From an uncultured Chloroflexia bacterium (GTDB lineage Bacteria > Chloroflexota > Limnocylindria > QHBO01), in contig CAWGTN010000002.1 of the NCBI GenBank assembly GCA_963825525.1, positions 320,001 to 384,000 of the forward strand: 64,000 nt of DNA, written 5' to 3'. Below the pieces are notes generated by a model. It made no database searches, had not been told where the DNA came from, and was given only the letters and a program-made list of their open reading frames with translations. Positions 19,883 through 26,034 of this stretch are shown piece by piece. Positions within the stretch are counted from its first letter, which is position 1; the number at the start of each line of letters is the position of its first letter. Both the position numbers and the translations under genes were made by a program.

Positions 19883-19992
19883 GAGTCGATACCCTCCGTG
19901 CGCCGATTGGGCCGAGCGCGTCCATGTCCGGCTCGGGCGGCCGCAAGGGTACCAGTCACCCGTTCACGGCGACAAGGTCCCCGGGCCGCGCC

Positions 19993-22434
19993 TCAGCGGA
20001 TCTCGGCGCCCAAGTGATGGCGCAGCGCGCCGCGCACCTTGTTGAGCGCCTTCTCGATGGGCTTGGACTCGCCGGGCAGGTCCGGCTGGAAGCGGAGGGA
20101 GATCGCGTAGCTGACCTTGCCCTCGCCCACCTGGTCGCCGCGATAGATGTCAAACAGCCGAAGGTCAACGAGCTGTGGCCCCGCGCTGGTCCGCGCGACC
20201 CGCAGGAGCTCACCGACCGGCGTGCGCTCGTCGATGACCACCGCCAGGTCGCGGTCGACCGGCTGCGCCGCTGGCACCGGTGCCGAACGGCGGTCGGTCG
20301 GGATCAGACCGAACAGACGGCCGAGGTCGATGGACGCGTCGATCGGAGCTTGGGCCAGTCCCCAATGGCTCGCTACGCGGGGATGTACCTCCCCCAACGA
20401 CCCGTACGCCCGCCCGCCGGCATCGCAGACCAGGCCGGTGCGTCCGGGATGGCGGTGCGGATGAGCCGCGTCCGGCTCCTCCGAGCGGTAGATCGGACGC
20501 GGAGCGCCGAGCGCGTCATGCAGCGCATCGATGACTCCCTTCATGTCGGCCACATCCGCATCCCGGGCCGCCTGGCCCGGAGTTGCCGGCACCTGCGTCC
20601 CGGACAGCACCAGGCCCAGCTCCCACGACTCGTAGCGGCCCGTGCCCGCGGTCTCGGAGCGCAGGTCACGCGGCGTCGGGTGGGACGGGCGATAGCCGTA
20701 GACCTTGCCGAGGTCGAAGAGCCGCACGCTCGATTGCCGCCACCGCGCATTTTCCGCCACTCCCCGCAGCAACGACGGGGTCATGGTCGGACGCATGATC
20801 GCGTGCTCGTCACTCAGCGGGTTGAAGATCCGCACCAGCTCAGGATCGTCTGCCGGGGTCCCGGTCCGAACGAGGTCCTCGCCGCCGATGAGGGCATGGC
20901 TCACCATCTCGTCCAGCCCGAGGCCCGCCAGCACGCGTCGCACGACGTGCCGCGGCTCGCTCGGATCGGGCCGATACGGTGGCAGCGCCGCTCGCGGCAG
21001 GCGCCCCGGGATACGGTCGTAGCCGTAGGCGCGGGCGATCTCCTCGGCCACGTCGGCGTCCGAGGTGATGTCGAGGCGGTGCGGCGGCACCTGCACCTCG
21101 AGCTCGTCGCCGCCCGAGACGACGAAGCCGAGCGGCTCGATCAGCTGACGCACGCCATCCGCCGTGAGCTCGATGCCAAGCAGTCGGCTTGCTCGCTCGA
21201 CATGCACCCTGACCATCGAGCGCTGAGGCGGTTCCGGGTCGTTGTCGACGATGCCGACGGCGACCCGGGCGCCGGTGATCTCGGCGATCAGCGAGGCGGC
21301 ACGGTCGAGCGCGAGCCGTGGCAGATCGGGCCCGATGCCCTTCTCGTGCCTCGCGCTCGCCTCCGATCGAAGCCCGAGCCGCCGCGCGGTCGATCGGATG
21401 GTCGGGCCATGGAAGATCGCCGATTCCAGGATCACGCGCGTCGTCGTCTCGGTCACCTCGGTCGACGCACCGCCCATGATCCCCGCCAGTCCGATCGCGC
21501 TGCGGTCGTCGGCGATGACGAGCATCGTCGGGTCGAGCCTCCGCTCGACGTGATCAATGGTCACGAGTCGCTCATCGTCGCGCGCGCGGCGCACGACCAG
21601 CGAACCGTCGGGTACGCGGTCGGCGTCGTACGCATGCATCGGCTGTCCCAGCTCGTGCATCACGTAGTTCGTGACGTCGACTACGGCGCTCACCGGGCGC
21701 ATGCCCGCGGCCACCAGGCGTCGCTGCATCCAGTCGGGCGACGAGCCATTGCGAACCTCGTCGAACCACCGCCCCGCGAAGCGCGGGTTGAGGACCGGCT
21801 CGTCGATCCGCACGCGAAGGTGATCGGAGCTGGGTGACCCCCGCTCGGTGACCTCGGTTGCGGGACCTCGCAGCTCTCCCCCGCCGAGCGCCGCTATCTC
21901 ACGCGCCAGCCCGACCATCGAGAGTGCATCGCCGCGGTTCGGTTTGACGTCGACATCCAGCACGATCTCGCCGACCAGCTCGGCCAGGCCGATGCCGATC
22001 GGCAGCTCATCGCCGTGCCCGAGAATATGGATTCCATCGGCGTCGGCACCAAGGCCCAGCTCGATCGCGCTGCACAACATGCCGTTGCTCACGACGCCGC
22101 GGATCTTGCTGCGCTCGATGCGTCGATCTCCTGGAAGGCTGGCGCCGACGAGCGCGGCCGGCACGAGCTGCCCAACCTCCAGGTTCTGTGCGCCGCACAC
22201 GATCTCAAGCTCGCCGCCGGCTGATCCGACATCGACCCGGGTCAGCCACAGCGTGTCGGCGTTCGGATGTCGCTCGACGCTCAGCACGCGTGCGACCACG
22301 ACATCGGTCCAGTCAGCACCCGTCGTCTCGATGGAGCTGACCTCCATCCCGCGCATCGTGAGCGCCTCCGCGAGTGCGCGCGGCTCGAGGTCGATGTCAA
22401 CGTAGTCGCGGAGCCAGTCGAGCGGAACGCGCAT
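19993..22434 (-). CDS. pheT: Phenylalanine--tRNA ligase beta subunit
   Basis: HPNAD, IVCGA.N, PNRGD, VDVTNYVM.ELGQPMHAYD, EEIAR.YGYD and RDLAVV motifs. Confidence 0.97.
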   Translation of the reverse strand: MRVPLDWLRDYVDIDLEPRALAEALTMRGMEVSSIETTGADWTDVVVARVLSVERHPNADTLWLTRVDVGSAGGELEIVCGAQNLEVGQLVPAALVGASLPGDRRIERSKIRGVVSNGMLCSAIELGLGADADGIHILGHGDELPIGIGLAELVGEIVLDVDVKPNRGDALSMVGLAREIAALGGGELRGPATEVTERGSPSSDHLRVRIDEPVLNPRFAGRWFDEVRNGSSPDWMQRRLVAAGMRPVSAVVDVTNYVMHELGQPMHAYDADRVPDGSLVVRRARDDERLVTIDHVERRLDPTMLVIADDRSAIGLAGIMGGASTEVTETTTRVILESAIFHGPTIRSTARRLGLRSEASARHEKGIGPDLPRLALDRAASLIAEITGARVAVGIVDNDPEPPQRSMVRVHVERASRLLGIELTADGVRQLIEPLGFVVSGGDELEVQVPPHRLDITSDADVAEEIARAYGYDRIPGRLPRAALPPYRPDPSEPRHVVRRVLAGLGLDEMVSHALIGGEDLVRTGTPADDPELVRIFNPLSDEHAIMRPTMTPSLLRGVAENARWRQSSVRLFDLGKVYGYRPSHPTPRDLRSETAGTGRYESWELGLVLSGTQVPATPGQAARDADVADMKGVIDALHDALGAPRPIYRSEEPDAAHPHRHPGRTGLVCDAGGRAYGSLGEVHPRVASHWGLAQAPIDASIDLGRLFGLIPTDRRSAPVPAAQPVDRDLAVVIDERTPVGELLRVARTSAGPQLVDLRLFDIYRGDQVGEGKVSYAISLRFQPDLPGESKPIEKALNKVRGALRHHLGAEIR

Positions 22435-23517
22435 CTACCGGCCCTCGACGAACTGCGATGTGAACCGCGTGTCCGCGCTGAAGAAGAGCCGGATGTCGCT
22501 GATCCCGTGCCGAAGCATCGTCATGCGGTCCGGCCCCATGCCGAAGGCATAGCCCTGGTACTCGTCCGGGTCGAACCCTCCGTTGCGGAGGACCGTGGGA
22601 TGCACCATGCCGGCACCCAGGATCGTCATCCAGCCGGTGCGCTGGCAGGCCGCGCATCCCGGCCCGCCGCACACGAGACAGCCGACATCGAACGCGACGC
22701 TCGGCTCGGTGAACGGGTAGTACCCGGGGCGGAAGCGGGTCCGCACGTCGCGGCCGTAGAGCGCCGCTGCGATCTCCTCGAGCATTCCCTTGAGGTCCGC
22801 CAGGCTCGTATCTCGGTCGACGACCAGGCCCTCGACCTGGAAGAACTCGAATGCATGGCTGGCGTCGACCGCCTCATAGCGGAAGCATCGGCCCGGGGTG
22901 ATGACGCGAATGGGCGCGTCCAGCGCCTGCATGGCGCGGACCTGCACGGGGCTGGTGTGCGTGCGCAGGATGGTCCCGTCCGATGCCGGCCGTGGATCCC
23001 CCGCCTCGACCGATCCGGGCTCGGCCACGTAGAGCGTGTCCCACAGGTCGCGGGCCGGGTGCTCCGGCGGGATGTTCAGCAGCTCGAAGTTGTACTCCTC
23101 GGTCTCGATCTCGGGGCCCTCGAAGACCTCGAAGCCGAACGCATGGAAGACCTCGCGCAGGTCGCGCATCAACGTCTGCACCGGGTGCAGGTGCCCGATG
23201 CGCACCGGGCGCCCCGGTGCGCTCATGTCGATGGCCTCGCTGGCCAGGCGCCCGTCAAGCGCGCCAGCGGTCACGGCCTCCATCCGCGCCGACAGCGCGT
23301 TCTCCACGGCGCCGCGAACGTCATTGGCGAGCTTGCCGAGAACCGGCCGGTCCGCGACCGGGGCGCCTGCCAGCTGCTTGAGCAGCGCCGTCAGGCGGCC
23401 GGAGCGCCCCAGGAAGTCACGCCGCACAGCGTCGACCGCATCGGGGCTGTCCGCGTCGCTCAAGCGCCCCATGGCCTCGGATCGGAGGCCGGTGAGCGCG
23501 TCGCCCAGGTCCGTCAT
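22435..23517 (-). CDS. pheS: Phenylalanine--tRNA ligase alpha subunit
   Basis: GHLHP, HPARD, LRTHTSPVQ, F.QVEG, YPFTEPS, GAGMVHP and AFGMG motifs. Confidence 0.97.
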   Translation of the reverse strand: MTDLGDALTGLRSEAMGRLSDADSPDAVDAVRRDFLGRSGRLTALLKQLAGAPVADRPVLGKLANDVRGAVENALSARMEAVTAGALDGRLASEAIDMSAPGRPVRIGHLHPVQTLMRDLREVFHAFGFEVFEGPEIETEEYNFELLNIPPEHPARDLWDTLYVAEPGSVEAGDPRPASDGTILRTHTSPVQVRAMQALDAPIRVITPGRCFRYEAVDASHAFEFFQVEGLVVDRDTSLADLKGMLEEIAAALYGRDVRTRFRPGYYPFTEPSVAFDVGCLVCGGPGCAACQRTGWMTILGAGMVHPTVLRNGGFDPDEYQGYAFGMGPDRMTMLRHGISDIRLFFSADTRFTSQFVEGR

Positions 23518-23575
23518 TGGGACTCGATCTCCGCGTTGGCTCGTGTGTGCATCGGTGCGTGCTGCATCATCGGTG

Positions 23576-23613
23576 AAAACGAACGACCCCGCCCCGCTTC
23601 CGGGACAGGGTCG
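23576..23613 (-). terminator. Intrinsic terminator-like hairpin after rplT
   Basis: CGACCCTGTCCC-ggaa-GCGGGGCGGGGTCG followed by TTCGTTTT on the minus strand. Confidence 0.55.
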
Positions 23614-23640
23614 GTGAGACCGATCGGCTTGCGCCGACGG

Positions 23641-24000
23641 TCAGCTGGTAAAGGTCGCTTTCGCCGTCTCGACCATCGCGGCGAAGGCAGCGGGCTCGCG
23701 AATGGCCATGTCAGCCAGGATCTTGCGGTCGACCTCGACCCCCGCGGACTTCAGCCCCGCGATGAACCGGCCATACGGCACGCCGTGCTGACGGGAGGCC
23801 GCGTTGATGCGCTCGATCCACAGGCGTCGCATGTCCCGCTTCCGATTCCGGCGGTCGCGGTACGCGTAGACGAGGGCGTGGATGAGGGCTTCCCGCGCCG
23901 GCCGGATCAGCGTCGAGCGCGTCCCACGACGACCCTCGGCGCGATTGAGCAGCTTCTTGTGGCGCTTGTGGGCGGTGACGCCACGCTTGACTCTGGCCAT
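23641..24000 (-). CDS. rplT: 50S ribosomal protein L20
   Basis: MARVKRG, YAYRDRR..KR..R.LWI.RINAA and DRKILAD motifs. Confidence 0.97.
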   Translation of the reverse strand: MARVKRGVTAHKRHKKLLNRAEGRRGTRSTLIRPAREALIHALVYAYRDRRNRKRDMRRLWIERINAASRQHGVPYGRFIAGLKSAGVEVDRKILADMAIREPAAFAAMVETAKATFTS

Positions 24001-24003
24001 CGG

Positions 24004-24213
24004 CTACTTCCCCTTGCCGGCGTACGGCATGAGGCGCTCGAGCTGGGCAGTGTGTGTGGAGGACGCCTCCGTCACGCCGTCATAGCGCCGTCGGCGCCGA
24101 GCGGACTTGATCTCGAGATGGTGGCCACGCCACGCCTTCGGGCGCACCCACTTGCCGGAACCGGTCTTCCGGTAGCGCTTGGCCGTGCCCTTGTGGGTCT
24201 TCATCTTTGGCAT
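24004..24213 (-). CDS. rpmI: 50S ribosomal protein L35
   Basis: MPKMKTHKGTAKRYRKTGSGK; lies between infC and rplT. Confidence 0.95.
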   Translation of the reverse strand: MPKMKTHKGTAKRYRKTGSGKWVRPKAWRGHHLEIKSARRRRRYDGVTEASSTHTAQLERLMPYAGKGK

Positions 24214-24220
24214 ATTCGGT

Positions 24221-24883
24221 CTACGATCCCTGCTGTGCCGGCGCCTCGCCCGCCGCCGGAGCCGCCGGCTCACGCGCTGGAGCCGGAACCTTGGCGGCGA
24301 TCGCGTCACCGATGGTGTCGCCGGCAGCCGCGGATCCGTCCGCTTCGCCGTTCTCGCTCTTCTTCTCCGGTCGCTTCTCGACCGGTGCCATCACGATGTA
24401 CATGCTTCGGCCCTCGAGCAGTGGTTGCCGCTCGATGAAGCCGTGCTCGGAGAGCTCCTCCGCCGTCCGCATCAGCAGATCGCGTCCGAGATTCGCGTGG
24501 CTGATCTCTCGCCCGCGGAATCGCACCGTGACCTTGACGCGGTCCCCCTTGTCGAGGAACTCCGCCGCTCGCCGCGCCTTCGTGCGGAGGTCGTGGACGT
24601 CGATCTTGACGGCCAGGCGAACTTCCTTGAAGGTCTGCGACTTCTGCTTCTTCTTTTGCTCGCGTTCGCGCTTCTGCAGCTCGTACTTGTACTGGCCGTA
24701 GTCGAGGATGCGACAGACCGGCGGGACCGCGGTGGGTGCGACCTCCACGAGGTCGAGACCCCTTTCCTGTGCCAGAGCGAGCGCCTCGGACGTCGCCATG
24801 ACGCCCAACTGCTGCCCTTCATCGTCAATGATCCTCACCTCGCGGATGCGGATCATCTCGTTGATGCGGAGGTCCTTGGCCAG
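24221..24883 (-). CDS. infC: Translation initiation factor IF-3, probable CTG start
   Basis: (L)AKDLRINEMIRIREVRII, LDLVEV.P...PPVCRI.DYG and FRGRE motifs; GAAGGAGAG RBS upstream of CTG 24883. Confidence 0.95.
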   Translation of the reverse strand: MAKDLRINEMIRIREVRIIDDEGQQLGVMATSEALALAQERGLDLVEVAPTAVPPVCRILDYGQYKYELQKREREQKKKQKSQTFKEVRLAVKIDVHDLRTKARRAAEFLDKGDRVKVTVRFRGREISHANLGRDLLMRTAEELSEHGFIERQPLLEGRSMYIVMAPVEKRPEKKSENGEADGSAAAGDTIGDAIAAKVPAPAREPAAPAAGEAPAQQGS

Positions 24884-24905
24884 CTTTCTTGCTCTCCTTC
24901 AACAA

Positions 24906-24994
24906 CAAGGCCACCGTACCGATCACGGACGGGTGGCCTTGCAACGTACGCGAAATGCCGACGAAGGATACACCGAAACCGAACGGATGGTCAA
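24906..24994 (-). promoter_or_regulatory. infC operon promoter and leader hairpin
   Basis: TTGACC (24994-24989)-N18-TATCCT (24970-24965); leader stem CAAGGCCAC...GTGGCCTTG just before the RBS. Confidence 0.5.
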
Positions 24995-25020
24995 CGCGAG
25001 GACCACGGCGCCGGACAGCG

Positions 25021-25048
25021 ATGAGGACCGCCTTTCGGCAGTCCTCAT
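25021..25048 (-). terminator. Strong hairpin downstream of the two micro-ORFs
   Basis: ATGAGGACTGCC-GAAA-GGCGGTCCTCAT: 12-bp stem with a GNRA loop; a U-G pair favours the minus strand. Confidence 0.6.
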
Positions 25049-25086
25049 GTTCGCTCCGCGGACTCGTGAGAGCCCAGGCCGGTTGG

Positions 25087-25188
25087 TCAGTACCAGCGAT
25101 GTCCGGCCCGGATCACCAGGTCCAGCGGAGCGGGCACTGTCGGAGCAGCCTGCAGTCGGTCGTCTGAGTTGCACACGAACGCGTACAT
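25087..25188 (-). CDS. Micro-ORF 2, putative peptide precursor MYAFVCNSDDRLQAAPTVPAPLDLVIRAGHRWY (33 aa)
   Basis: Manual translation; ATG follows the stop of micro-ORF 1 after one spacer base (TGA-G-ATG); shares the C-terminal AG-x-R-W-x motif. Confidence 0.6.
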   Translation of the reverse strand: MYAFVCNSDDRLQAAPTVPAPLDLVIRAGHRWY

Positions 25189-25189
25189 C

Positions 25190-25279
25190 TCAGTTCCACC
25201 GCATGCCGGCTGCAAGGGAGAGGGCCATCGACGCCAGGATCGTGACGGCCCAGGTGAGTCGCGTCAGTCGGTAAGCCAC
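25190..25279 (-). CDS. Micro-ORF 1, putative peptide precursor MAYRLTRLTWAVTILASMALSLAAGMRWN (29 aa)
   Basis: GAGGTG RBS 7 nt before GTG; basic n-region, hydrophobic h-region, then LAAG-MRWN; directly downstream of the riboswitch. Confidence 0.75.
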   Translation of the reverse strand: MAYRLTRLTWAVTILASMALSLAAGMRWN

Positions 25280-25312
25280 GCTTGTTCACCTCGATGAGGG
25301 GACACGATCGGA

Positions 25313-25398
25313 GCCGGCAACCGGGCGGCCTCGGTCCCGTATTGGGCGAGGTCCCTGGCTTTGCGTCCCCGCCTCGCGGCGGGTTTGCCCTGGACGGA
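25313..25398 (-). promoter_or_regulatory. c-di-GMP-I (GEMM) riboswitch
   Basis: Minus strand CAGGGCAAACCCGCC-GCGA-GGCGGGGACGCAAAGCCAGGGACCTCG...CGAGGCCGCCCGGTTGCCG matches the GEMM consensus (GGCAAACC, GNRA-capped P2, GACGCAAAGC, P3, GTTRCC). Confidence 0.9.
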
Positions 25399-25458
25399 CG
25401 ATCGACGGAAGGCGATTCTCGCCCTCAGTGCGACCGTAGGCCGGAGGTCCGGGCACGC

Positions 25459-26034
25459 CTATCGCTCATCGGTACTCGGCGGGGGGTACGTTGGTGGGAG
25501 GTTCCCCGGCGCACCGCCCCTGCGCATCAGCACGGCAATCGTCCACGCCACCCCGATGGCGATGAGCACGTCGCCGACGCTGAACACGTTGGCGAACGGG
25601 AGTGGCGGAGGAAGCGCAAAGATGTCGGTCAGGGGATGCAGTCGTGGGGCGTCCATCACGACGCTGTTCGAGTAGCCCTCGTTGACCTCCCGCCCGAGGG
25701 CGGCGAGGGCACCGGGCGAGGCGGGCATCGAGCCGCCGTTTGCCACGATGGCGGCGAGGTTGCTTGCTGCGCCGATCGCCACCAATCCCAGGCCACCGAG
25801 CGCCAGGTTGCGGAGGACCACCACCAGCACCAGTGCGGTCGACCCGACATAGATGGGCATGCCGAGGTCGCCGACGCGCTCGGCCACCGGCCCGAAGAAG
25901 AGAACCACCTGGATCATCAGCCCGATGAGCGCCAGCGGTGCCCAACGGAGACGCGCGTCGCCCAGGCGGGACAGCTCCCCGCCGCCGAGCCACCCGGCAA
26001 GCAGACCGGCCGGCAGCGCGTAGAGCATGAACAT
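25459..26034 (-). CDS. DUF5317 family membrane protein
   Basis: G...GG.L..L, N..AIVANGGSMP, L.PLTDIF and NVFSVGDVLI motifs; about 5 TM; start overlaps the stop of the upstream GGDEF/EAL gene. Confidence 0.85.
   Translation of the reverse strand: MFMLYALPAGLLAGWLGGGELSRLGDARLRWAPLALIGLMIQVVLFFGPVAERVGDLGMPIYVGSTALVLVVVLRNLALGGLGLVAIGAASNLAAIVANGGSMPASPGALAALGREVNEGYSNSVVMDAPRLHPLTDIFALPPPLPFANVFSVGDVLIAIGVAWTIAVLMRRGGAPGNLPPTYPPPSTDER

Noticed and set aside
23518-23640. Possible T-box leader upstream of pheS (also checked for thrS and tyrS)
   Set aside because: No T-box GGTGGNACCGCG motif and too little room for stem I; only a terminator-like hairpin. thrS and tyrS look leaderless.
19924-24438. 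Long plus-strand ORFs (637 aa, 723 aa) and many similar ORFs elsewhere
   Set aside because: Antisense shadows of pheT/pheS/rplT caused by high GC; Arg/Ala-rich with no motifs.
24923-25174. 83-aa minus-strand ORF over the micro-ORF2 region
   Set aside because: No RBS, runs through the hairpin and the infC promoter, and has no protein-like features; the 33-aa frame with the shared motif is better supported.
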